From Psammoneis japonica (taxonomy: Eukaryota), in NCBI GenBank assembly GCA_008632985.1, contig QPGO01000035.1, positions 421,899-485,898 of the forward strand: 64,000 nt of DNA, in the 5' to 3' direction. Of this stretch, positions 50,221-61,991 are shown piece by piece. Made by a program: the position numbers and the translations under genes. Below the pieces are notes generated by a model, which had not been told where the DNA came from, did no database searches, and saw only the letters and a list, made by a program, of their open reading frames with translations. How positions within the stretch are numbered: position 1 is the first letter of the stretch; every line of letters starts with the position of its first letter.

Positions 50221-52289
50221 AGGATTCCATGAAATGAGTGCATTTGTGGGGGCAATGATGCCAGCCTGGAGAAGGCAAAGACCAGATTGTGATGAAGATT
50301 GAAAAAGTGCCAGTGGACATGCCAGTGAGCCTTGATCCCAACCTGTGTGGACCTCATGTGGTCCCAGAAAAAGGCAACAAGAGAGTCCTTCATGTCCAAC
50401 AAAAAAAGTCAAGAGATTGCACAAGAGAGTGAGGACAAAGGATCCAAACTGGTGTTCCCAGCATGAGGAATGGAAAGACAAGATCTGTGGAGAGGATCCC
50501 CAGGGTTGCAGAGGTGCCACAAATTGAAAGAACTGTCAGAAACCATGACAGAAATGAAGACAAGCTGTGAAGCAGCAGTTGAATGTCTCACCACTGCTGC
50601 ACCAATGTTCTCTGTCCTGGACAACAAAGAGATTGCATCTCCAACTGTGGAGCATGCCACTGATGCACACAAGACCAAAGAATTGTGGCAGGCACCAGGA
50701 GCTGATTCCCAGACAAGACAGATTAACAAACAATGTTTGGCACCCAAAGAACATGTCTGAGTGACATTGCCACATTGTGTCACAAGTTGAATGTTGTCTT
50801 TCCTGCCTTTGGCACAAGGAGCAAGAGTGGGGTTTGTGGACCCCTCACAAATCTCAAGGATCTTGACCCTGAGAACACACAGGAGTAATTTGGACTCATG
50901 CTGGATGCCAAAAAAGCGCTGCACATGCACGGCATTCCTGAATTTGACAGAAACAGTTGACAGTTGGGTCATGGACTGCCTTGGAGGTGCAGAAGATGAG
51001 AAGAATGAGAAAGAGAAATGTTGTCACACCAATGTGGAGCACTCTGTGGAGAGTGTGCATGGGGCCATGTGTGCATTCAATGATTTGATTGATTGCAGGG
51101 ACAGTGGCAAGTGCACACATTTGTGCATTTGCAAGTTGCAGGACAGTGGTGACAGTCCTGAAATGAGCGGCAATGGCGCCAAGAGTCCTGAGCAGACTGG
51201 TGAGCTGCAAGACTGCAATGAGTCCAATGAACACAGGCCACATGAGCAGCAGAACATTGATGCAAGCATCAGGAGTGTGTTCAAGCATGTGGAACAAGCA
51301 AGAAACATGAGAATTCCTGGAAAGGAAACTGTTTCAGAAAAGATGCTTTGGCTGCTGGTGTGGTGGATCTTGCAACACTTTGAGAACAAATCTGCATTCA
51401 TTGCCAATCTCACCAACCTTCTTCTGTTGCAATCTTTGGAGTGAATCATCTGGTTTGTGCAAATTGCATTGTGGTGTCAGCAGGCACCTGTCATGCCACA
51501 AGATCAAAGTTTGTTGAGGACTTCAAGGTAAACCACAGCTGCCACAGAAACAGAACCAGTGTGACAAGCATCACATGAAGCCTCAGTGGATTCCCTTTTG
51601 GTGGCATTGACTTGTTGGTTCAAGAACAGCACCCAATTTTGGGTTGGCATCTCAGTGAGTGAGGGCTGGGTTGAAGACAGCAGCATGTTTGGCATCATCA
51701 TGCTTGCAAGTTCTGTGGCTGTGAAATTTCAAAAGACAACCAGCTGAGAAGTCTTCCTTGCAACCACCATTGGCATTGTGGAGCATGCACTCATCAACCA
51801 AGGGAGACCAGAGCTGAGGATGACAACAGTGAGTGCATGTGCACACAGTGACACAGCCTTCTTTGGGTTGCACAGAAACACACAAGCTGCCAAACCCATG
51901 AAAAGTGGCCCCTTTGCCAAGATCTGGATTGACCTTGAGGGGATGTGGGTTGTTGGTTGGTGGTGCAAATGGTTGGCAGCTGTGTGCACATCAAGTTGTG
52001 CACCACAACATTCATTGGCACATTTGAGCTGAAAGGCATTGACCTGAAAAGCTTCATGTCAGCATCAAAGGCAACAGACAGAGAGGTGCAGCATGGCACA
52101 TTTGTTGAGATGCACACAGAAATGAGGGTGGCAGTGCCAAAGCCAAAGCTGACAATTTCTTGCACGTTGCACTTTGAACACATGTGATTTCACAGACACA
52201 ATGACACACACAAAAAAGAGGTGACACATTTTGAGAGTGTTGCTCCACTGTCTGTGTGGGAATGACCCACTCACTGAGACTCTCTCAAA

Positions 52290-55200
52290 CCAGGAGAATC
52301 ATGACTCTGCTGAAAAGAGGAGCACTGTTCACACAGTGAATGGTGCAATGGTGAGTTGTTGCCACTGCCTGAAACATGTGCTGGGTGGCAGCAGCTGGTG
52401 ATTGTCCAGGCAGCCCTGGCAAGGAGAAAGCAGCACAGCAATGGAACAGGCAGTGGTGGATGTCAGCAGACCAGTTGGAGTCCTTGCACTCCACAAGTTT
52501 CACAGAGGATTTGGCCTGTGGTGGTGGGGCAATGCAGTCATGAGGAATAGTCAGGAGTGGGAAGGAGGTGGCATGAATGGGAGGAGTGGATGATTCAGGC
52601 ATGTGAGGCCAAAGCATTGGTGTTCATTGAGAGGCTGAAGAATCTGTTTCACAACTCCATGGAAATCCTCATCACCTGGGTTGGAGCCAAGCTGACTCAG
52701 CTCAGTGATGGAGAAACCCCCACTGAGATCCACACATGCAGCCACCATTGCCTGCATCAGCTTGCCAACAGCCTTGCGGCATGAGAAGCCATGCTGTGCT
52801 TTGAGGGCATGAGATTTGTTGGTCATCAAGAGGGAGGGAGCTTCATTGAGGTTGTGGTGCAGGTTGCATCATCCAGCATGGGCAATTTGGCAATGCCACA
52901 TTGTCCCATGGGTGGGAAGGTGATGAAGGGACAGTCAGCCACAACCTGTTTGATGCAGGATGTGCTGTGGAGACAAGCACAATCTCCAGTGTTTGTTCAA
53001 CATCACATGCAAGGAACAGTTTGAGGAGGCCCTGGCAGTTTTTGATCTTGCTGCCTTTTCACATGACTTGTGGCGGGTCTCATCAGAGTTGGAAGTGATG
53101 GCAAAGTCATCAACTTGACACAGAAATGGGTTTTTCTTGCAACTCACCTTTCCACTGCAGACAAAAGGTTCATGTGTTGTTGGGGTGAGAAAGACTGCAT
53201 TGTGAAGGATGCCATCAATGTGGACATTTCCACAAATGGGGGGACTTGGGGTGGCCCAGGAGCAATTGGAGGACTGCTGGGAGAACAAAGCATTCTGGCA
53301 TGGGTGGACAGCAAAGATGTTCAGTCCACCAAATTTGAAATGCTTTGTCAACTCACACACAGAATGTGTGCCGGGAAGGGAAGCTGCCATGAATTCATTG
53401 CTGATGTCAATGCCACACACTTCTCAATTCTTAAGAGTGCCCCACCAGAGTGGAGAAGAGGCAAGTGCTTGGTTGCTCCACTGAAGCTGCGCACATTTGA
53501 TCAAGGGTCTGCATGCAGCCAGATCAAGGACTGCCATCACATGTGCCATGGGCTTTCTTGGTGTGGTCAAGATTGTTCTTGACAAGGCAGGGCCACACCC
53601 AGCTAAGCACTGCTGCACCCTGGGGAGGTGGCATTGGTTCACCAAACATGCCTCAGGTGCTGTGCATGTCCCAGTTGCTCAAATTTGCTGGGTTGCCAAT
53701 TGGTCCAGTCCTCTTGGATGAGCAGTTTCCATTGAATGAGTTTTTGCATGGCCATGGTGGGAAGCGCAGGGTCCTTGATGGTCTCCAGTTGATGGCAAAT
53801 GTGGTTGATCTGGTTGAGAAAGAGCTGCAGGCAGTGGACCGCCGGAATCCAGTGTTGGGGAAGAGCAGTCATGAGCAAATTGGAGTGCGGTGGCATCATT
53901 GTCTGAACAAATGGATTGCACAACCTTGCCCAAAGATGGAAGATCAGCTGCAGGGTGAGAACACACAGCAGCAAACAAGACAGGCACATTGCAGCTTGGA
54001 TCTCCAGTGGGGCACAGGACTGGCACGAGAGCTCAAATGACAATGCTGCAGGTGCAGTCAGCCATGGTTGGAGTCATGGCTCAGCTCCAGTCCACAGAAT
54101 GGTTTGGTGGTGCCCCATGTGGGTGACAAGGGGGTGTCAAAAGAGCAATCAAATGGGTTGCAAGACACAGCAATGGTGGCAACAGATTCCAAGGCAATCA
54201 GATCTTTTGGCGTGAGGGATGCCGCTGCAGCAGTGTGTGACTCCTCATCAATGAATGTGCTTTTTCCTGGTGGCAGTTGGCTGTGCAGACAATCTTTTGG
54301 TGTCTGTGACTGGGGTGACAGATGGGGGGGGGGGCTGACTTGCTCAATGCCCAGATTGAAGAGCAGCTGAGGTCCTGGAGGTCTGATGGGTTGTGCAAAG
54401 TGCGCCTCATCACAGGTGGCATGGTGGTTGGTCTTTTCTTGGCCAATGGTGGTGGTGTCCCCATGTCAAGTGTTCTGTTTGTTGGTGGCCACACAGTCAA
54501 TGAAGATGCCATTGAATGTGTGGCAATCCAATTTCACAGCTGGTCCATCAGGTCATCTGGCATTTGCTTGAGATCCAGAAGCCTGAAGTTGGGGCAGATC
54601 TGGGACATCACCCACCCATGCTTGGTTTGGGGTCAGGTTGATTGAAGAATGCCAAAGGTGATTCTTGAGATAGATGGCATGAACCAAAGCATCAGAGCAG
54701 CACGCAGCTGGAAGGCCAGATGAGTGAAAAAGGGCCCAAACCACAACTCCAAAAGTGTTGTTGAGGATTTTGACATGGCCATTTTGCCAAGGGCTGTCTG
54801 AGCCTGTGGTCTTCATGACATGGTCATGTTTCAAACACATCTTGCAGAAATCCTCCAAACACACAAGTTTGCCACTCTGGTCTGTGCAAACACAACACAA
54901 GCCAGACTTGTGACTGTGGTGAGAGAGGAACACATCCAGCAATTTTGTCGTCGGGGGCTCCTTGCTGGGAGTGAGAAACACCCACATCCACTGATGAGTC
55001 TCGGCATCCATTGGTGACAAGAGGGAATTGCAGCCATCACAGGATTGGACAACCCAATCCACTTGATCTTTCTCATGTCCTGCTTGTCAGCACAAGGTTG
55101 CATGTCAGGCCCTGATGCATGCATGAACTGCAATCCATGTGAAAATGGTCAGTGGGTGTGAGATGGGTGTCATCCTAGATTGCCCCCCCCCCATGGACAA

Positions 55201-55450
55201 TCAATGGTGTTGGGCATCATCACACACATTGCAGGAGCAATGTGGTGTGGCACCAGCTGCAGCAGCTGGCACACTGGTGACATGGCATTAGAGGTGTTGC
55301 AATTGGTGCATGCCAGGGTGTCCCAGGTTGTTGTGATGTCCCAGTTTGCTGCTTGCAACTCAGATCAAAGAGTGAAGAATCAAGTGGAGCTGGTCATCAT
55401 TGGGCTCAGCAGTCTTGGGAGGTGGCTGGACATTGCAGTCATCTGGCTCT
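52290..55450 (-). mobile_element. Second Copia relic (integrase-RT-RNase H); probable gag remnant at ~59500-60900
   Basis: WVFLTPSKEPP...CTDQSGKL...GSDSPWQNG...ALVHAIYLKNHLWHS (integrase), TTHEP...FLCQVDDFAI (RT) and DSNWSAD (RNase H). Confidence 0.82.
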
Positions 55451-55800
55451 GGTTCAGAAAGATGTGCCAGGGTTGCCAGGGTGGGAAAAGTGTGTCCTTT
55501 CTCAACAGAGGTGGGAGCATGCATGGTCAGCTTTTGGAGAGCCCCATCAAGTTTGGTGGCAGATGAGGCAAGTGGGATGTTGGGACGAATGCAAGGAACA
55601 AACCACCCACCATTTGCATGAACCACAGGGAAGGTGCACATCAGAGAGTGGTCTTTGTTGGCAAATGTGCAATCAGCCTGTGTCCCACACCCATGCAGTG
55701 TGGCACATGAAATTGGCTGCATCTCTCCACAGATGAGCAACCAATGTGGTTGGGGGAGAATGGCACTTTGCCCAATCCTGTGGTGGACATGATTGTGAGT

Positions 55801-56064
55801 GGCCTGTTCCAGCTCCAGGTGCTCTGCTTTTCATCACGCGAGAGGCCGATTTTCTGTGCAGTTCAGCGCAATTAACACCTTCAATTTTGATCGTTTCGAA
55901 AATCGAAAGGTGAGTGTACACCCGAAAATACATGCAAAGTGTACACTCACCCTTCGATTTGGCAAAAACGGATTTGGAAAAAGTTAATTGCGCCAAATGC
56001 ACAAATTTTCCAAAAAAATGATGGGAATCGAACCCGCGCGGAGCACCTGGAGCTGGAACAGGCC
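55801..56064. mobile_element. Fold-back MITE, 264 bp, 27-bp TIRs, 4-bp TSD GAGT
   Basis: ggcctgttccagctccaggtgctctgc pairs with gcggagcacctggagctggaacaggcc (26/27). Inner inverted pairs gcgcaattaac/gttaattgcgc and aaatcgaaaggtgagtgtacac/gtgtacactcacccttcgattt. gagt lies at 55797-55800 and 56065-56068. Confidence 0.88.
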
Positions 56065-57329
56065 GAGTGTGTTTCATTTTTCCAGGATGAATGGCATTGC
56101 ATTTCACAAAATCCATGAGCTTGGCATGTTGAGCCAAATGAGAGCAGTGATGGTGACTGTGTCCACATGAGATGCATGCATCACATGTGAGGTCCTTTCA
56201 TTGTTGAAAAATGACCAGCTGGCAATCCAACTGTTGTTGGGTCTTGCAACTGAAATGGCTGCAAACCGGGTTGGACAGAGGAGGGAGCTTGGGATTAATT
56301 TGAGCAACAAGGGACACAAGTTGGAAATCACGAGGAAGCGTGGCATGCCACTGAAATGCAAAATTTGTGTCACAAATTAATTCACAAAGGCAAATGGCTT
56401 AAATTTTTCCCCAATGAAAGCACGTGCAAGGTCTCTGAATGCTTTGTTTTTGCTTCAGACAAGCAAATGTAACAGTTTTGACAAGAACCGCAGGTCTGAA
56501 AGTGACACAAAACAACAAAACAACTGGATTGTTGTCAACACAAAGAGCTGCATGATGTTTTGTTTGTGAGGAAAGGTGGTGCAATTGTGAAACAAAAAGG
56601 ACATTTTTGTTGAAATCTTGCAATGCATTGGCATGAGTTGCTGTCATGAGGAGAAGGCAATTTCCTTTGAAAATGACAATTTCTTGTCATTTCTTGTGAA
56701 TCACATCTTTTCTCAATCAAAGCAAAAGAATGCTTGCACCTTGATTGCACTGGAAGATGTGGCAAAGATGATCTTGGAGGGTGACAAGGTTGTGTGTCAT
56801 GACTTGCCTCTTGCAGCAATGGTGCAGAATTCATTTTCACTGAGTTCATTCAGCCAGTGTTTCAGAAGCATGGCAACTGGTCATGTGTCACCAGAAGTTG
56901 TTGCTTCCAACAGTTTGAGGGACTTGTTCCATTTGGCATGCATTGGGGGATCAGCAGTTGTGTTCAAAACCCAGCACAGAAAAATGTGTGGCTCTTTTTC
57001 TGCTCCTTGCAAAGATGATGTTCTTGAAGCACATCATCTTGGAGCAGTTTGGAACAGATTTCCATTGAGCACTTCCACCAGTGAGAGCTGCCAATCTTCA
57101 CGGAATTGAAAAAGTCAGGCAGAGTGTTCAAGAAGATGGCAACATGCCATTGGACAACTCAAGGGATGGCAAAGCAGGGGCTGGTGTCTCTCACAGAAAA
57201 CTTTTCAGAGGAAGATGCAGACTTACCAGCAGACAGACCTCTGGATGCATCCACAGAAGGCAGTGGATGAGCAAGGGCAGGGCCAGCAAGACAACCTGCA
57301 ATGTTTTTGAGAATCATTGGAATCTTTGT

Positions 57330-58350
57330 GGCTGCTGATGCGTCAAGCAGCCAGGGGGGCGGGGGGCAAGGAACCTGGTGATGCATCAGCCATCACCGGT
57401 GAGTGGGTGGAGGAGGATGAATCAAGGGAAGATGCAACCACGGGCAGTGGTGCTGCCAGCTGGGCAAGCTTGGAGGCACTGCACCACATGTTGGTGAGCT
57501 CTTCATTGAGGCCATTGCTTGACTGTGCAAGGTGTGGCATCAGACACCTTCTTCTAAGACTCTGCAGCTTGGGCAACTGCCTCATTGATGGAAGTGGATG
57601 CTTTGCTGGATGGATGTGTTTTGTTGTCTCCATGAACAAAGAGGAGGGACAGCCAAAAATGCAAACTTTCAAAGATGAACATCATCACATTTGTCATTCT
57701 TGGAGAGAAGGACATCCACAACATTCTTTTGCTTTGCTGCAAAGACTTTGAAAGCAATGGCATCAATGGCTGTGTTGTTTTGTTGAGCTCAGAGGAAACC
57801 ACAGATTTGAGGATAATCCAGTGTGGAGTGAGAATTTTTCACACTTGTTTTGAATGATTCAAGGGCTGACTGCAGATGATGGGTGTCAACAAGTGCACAA
57901 CTGCATCTGGGCCTGCTGGTGGTGACACTGGGCCAAAGGAAAGCAATGTTCCCAGCAGCACAACCCATGCATTGTTGCCACCAATCTTGGCAGGAATGCA
58001 ATCAATGGCAGCATTTTCAAGAAGGTGCTGGAAGGAACACACTCAAAATTTCATGCACACCCACCTCCATCACATGCCATTGTGTGGCTCATGCAAGCAA
58101 CCTCAAGTGGAAAAAGCAGGGCACTTGGGTGCAAGCATGTGGATTTTCAAAATGAGCCATCCAAGGACATTTTGTTTGCAGCCTGTCCAGATGCTCATGT
58201 CAAGTGAGCTGGGAATGAATCAAGTCATTTGGACCCGCTTCTCAAGCTTTGCCATGGCCACCCTCTGACAAGGAACCTCAAGGAGGACATGGAGAAAAAG
58301 GGAGGACCAGCTGTGCTGTTGGCTTTTTTGAGGGAGTGTTGAGCTCCTGA
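57330..58350 (+). mobile_element. PIF1-type helicase relic, probably Helitron-derived
   Basis: Degenerate motifs in order across frames: PGG.GGK-like, ATTGSGAA, LIDGS, VELRGNHRFEDNPVW, RNAINGSIF and DPLLKLCHGHPL. Confidence 0.55.
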
Positions 58351-61300
58351 GGGAAGGTGTTTTTTGGATGATTTGGAGTTGATGAGGATTGATGGTCATT
58401 GAGTGAGGTCAGCCAGTGTTTCACAAGTTGAGAGTCCGCTGTCTTGAGGCATCATGAGGAGAAGGCAGAGAGGAGGAGGTCTGCTTTGTGTGGCTCCAAG
58501 AGGAAAGAAACATGTGTTGTCAACTTTTCTGTCCCCATGATGGGCTTCATTGACAAAAGAACTTCAAGAATCAGCCAAAGACACAGATGACCTGGCTCCC
58601 AAAGTCAACAATGCAGCAACTGCCCACAACTGGGGAGCATGACGAAGAGCTGAGAGCCAGACTGTCTGAGACTGCAAAGAGGCAACTGGGTTCATTTGGC
58701 TCTGTCCACAGTGACAACAAGAAAGGGACTTTGTGGCTTGGGAAGAAGCTTGATGGCAGGAAAACAAAGGGCATGTCATTGGTGTTGAATGAGTTCCTTG
58801 GTCACTTCAGGCACACAAGAGGGGGCTCCAAGAAGTCTTTCAGCAGGCTCTCTTGCTGCAAATGACCACACAAGGCATTGCAACTAAAGATTGCAGTCAC
58901 CAGATGTTGATTTTTGACAATGTGGCAACAAACTGGGCTTGCATTGTGTGATTGTTCTTGTCAGTCCTAGAAACAAGGGGGTTGAGTTGTTCATGCATGA
59001 TCCCTGGTTTGAAAGTGAGTGTGTGTGCAAAAAGCACAAAATCTAAAAATCCATGGTCTCAATGATTTTCACATCCACAGATTGAGGTGAATGACAGAAA
59101 GACAAAAGCAACTGGCATTCAAACATTTGTGTTTGATGACCTCAAAATGGAAAAACAGCCAATCAATTGGCCAGAGGAGTCAGTGGCATCCCAACCAAAA
59201 AATGACTGGGGCAATTCAAAATTGGGCATCTTTCACATTTGTTTACAAAACAATTTGTGTGGAAGTCCCAAAGCCTTCAAAAGTCATTGGACACCATTTT
59301 GCACACAAAGACGCCTTGGGAATTTGGTCATTTTGAAAGTGGTCAGCCCCAAAGCCCAAACCCCATCTTTGTCTCACCCGTCTGTCTCCGGTTGGGGGTC
59401 AGGGCAGGGAGGAGACAACACAGATGGATTTTGGAGTGCAAGTGTTTGGGCCATCACACCATCAAACTGTTCATGCAGGGCATCCACAAGCTGTTCAGAG
59501 AAAACAAAGTGTTGGAGTGCAGAGGGTCTGTGAGGTTGGGAGGTGGAGAATCAGTCTGATGAGTGGCACAGTCACTGAGCATGCTGCTGGCACCATGGTG
59601 TCAGCTGCAGACAAGCCATTCTGCGCAGCCATTTTGGTCATGCCATGTGCCCCAAGATTGGAGGAGTTCCATCTCCTGAGTCATCTCCTGTTTGCATGTG
59701 GCAGCTTGATTGCTCAATTTTTTTTGAGTGTTGCCAGCAAAATTGCCAAGTTGCTGCAAGCCATCAGACACCACATTTTGATGTTGTCTTTGCAGTGCTC
59801 CTGTGCAGTTGTCTCAAGGAGAGTGGCAGCCTGTTTGGTGGAAGAAGTTTTGAGCTTGTGTCAAGCTCCATCTCTTCTTGGCAGCTTCCAGGCCTGGGGT
59901 CCAGGTCAGAGATGGTCCTGCAGTTTTTTGTCAATTTCAGGAGTGGTGCACTCCTTGAGAGTTTTGACAAAAGCAGCATCTTCTGCTTCATTTGCTGTTT
60001 CAGATGCCAGGGCAACAGTTTCATTGCGGCATGCATCCATCTGGTCATGAAGATCTGTGCTGACAGCATCCAATTTGGATGCAAAATGGTTGGGTGACAT
60101 GGACTCAAGCAGAGACTGTCACTCTGCCCAACATTGATCATCATCCTGAGCACTGCAAAAATCCTGCCTGAGCTTTTTGAGCTCTGCTGTGGCACCGGCA
60201 AAATCATTTTGACATGCAGCAAGCTGTTGCATGGCCTTCTTGAATGATTGTTGTTGTTGGCAGGTCACAAGAGCAGCAGACAATGTTGGCAGCAATCGGC
60301 TTCATCTGACGGTGTTTGGGCCAATCAGGAGGGAGAGGGGTGAGAGATGGAGGGTGCTGTCAAGCTGGGGTGGAGCATGGGTGTCAGCAGCCAAATGATC
60401 AGCAGGGGTCAGAGACAGGGACTTGGGCAGGGTGGGAGCTTGTGCAGTGTCAACTGGGTTGCTTTCTGCCTCTGTGACATCAGCTGCAGCAGTGAGCATG
60501 GGTGTGGGGAAGGAGGGCAGGCTGCATCATGCACCACTGCAAACACAGTCAATGTGGTCATCACGATGCTGTTGCTGGATGTGACAGCAGCAACAGGAGT
60601 GCTGAGTGAGCTTTTGCCCTGCACCAATGCTGGAGACAGAGCAGGATGCAGAGATGAGTGCTTTGCTCACCACAACAGCCCGTCTTGGAATGGGTGCTGT
60701 GGGCAGGAGCCATCTTGGTTGTTGTTTGTTGTGCTCAAAGAATGCCAGCTGTGCATGTGACAGCAGGCAGCATTTCTTTGCTGGCACACCTCACACAAGG
60801 TCTTTGTGCAAGCAGAGCATGTGCCACACCACGCCATGCATCAGACATTGGCCAACGACGCTGACAAAAGCACCAACAAGGAGAAGGACAGTGCATCCAT
60901 GGCATCAACACAGCAGAGGTGGGTGCATTGCAAGTGCTCACTGCCGTTGTTGACTGCAACATGCTGAACTGTTTTTGTTGTTTCGCGTGTGCCACTGCTC
61001 TCTCTGCTTGCTCTAGAGAGAGAGAGAGAGAGGGGCCCTGTCCCGGCTTGCTTGCTCGCAGCAAAGCTGAGAGTGATCCACTGTCGCGCCCGCACCCGCA
61101 TGGCTGCATGCGGTGGGATCACATTTTTTGGCGTTTCCGAACTCCGAACCCCGAACCCGCCCGGCCTCGATGAAAATTCACACGACACAACTTTCTTGTG
61201 GTGTTTTGAAATCTGTTGGGCAATCCAACGCAATGGGTCAAAAACAGATTTGTTTTTAAAACAGTGAAAGTGCAGTGATTAAAGCACTTAGTCTCTCTAG

Positions 61301-61991
61301 CATAATTAGATTGTGGTCAAGCTGTCTTGTTTCTTCGTCTACCTGACTGCAAAAATCAGTTGATATAGTTTCCTCATTTCATTCCAAGCCAAAACCGTAC
61401 ATAGATGACCACAATGTAAAAGGTGACTCACAATCTCATGACGACTCGACGTATGTAATGGTGTCGGTTGTTCATTCCGAACATCATCGGAAACGCACAC
61501 GGCAACAACACACGGCCGAGCCGACACAAGTACCAGAAAATGTGAATGAGAACCCGGGATCTAAAAAATTCTTCGTTCGTTTACACGAATCAAGTAGGGG
61601 GATTCGGTTAGTGATCGTGCAAGAGCGATCCTACCAAACTGCATCCATAATGTGCTTTGACAAGTGAGATTATATTTGGTTTTGTGTAATGCGGTCATGG
61701 CATGGTATCTTATTCGCCATGGGTCCGATTTCGTTCTAGTCGTACAATGCGAAACCTCCAAGACCCGAAACCAGCGTCATAGCTCAGAGACTAGATCTAT
61801 CTACCAGTACGCAATATCAGTTTGATATATTATGAAGTCTAATAGTGTATAGTTTTTAATTTATGCAGCATTGTCTCGTTTCTTTCAGTCTCGTTTTCTT
61901 TTCCAATAGACAGCACACACAATGCAAATCTCGTCTCCATTGCACAAATCATTCAATAAGAGGCGGCGCTAATCTTCCTTGGGCTCTCCCT

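Larger units (their letters stand above)
44620..61270. other. 16.6-kb block of nested, hypermutated transposon relics (TpA and CpG depleted)
   Basis: About 30 TA dinucleotides by eye outside the MITE. Contains recognisable RT, integrase and helicase motifs with Tyr->Cys/His changes. Confidence 0.92.

Noticed and set aside
51450..52094. Possible decayed host gene starting at the ATG of the duplicated promoter
   Set aside because: Back-correction gave no recognisable protein, and it does not match the UBL-PUB gene.
44595..61267. Dozens of 60-250 aa Cys/His-rich ORFs in all six frames, resembling metal-binding proteins
   Set aside because: They arise from loss of TAA/TAG stops and gain of TG/CA codons, so they are not genes.
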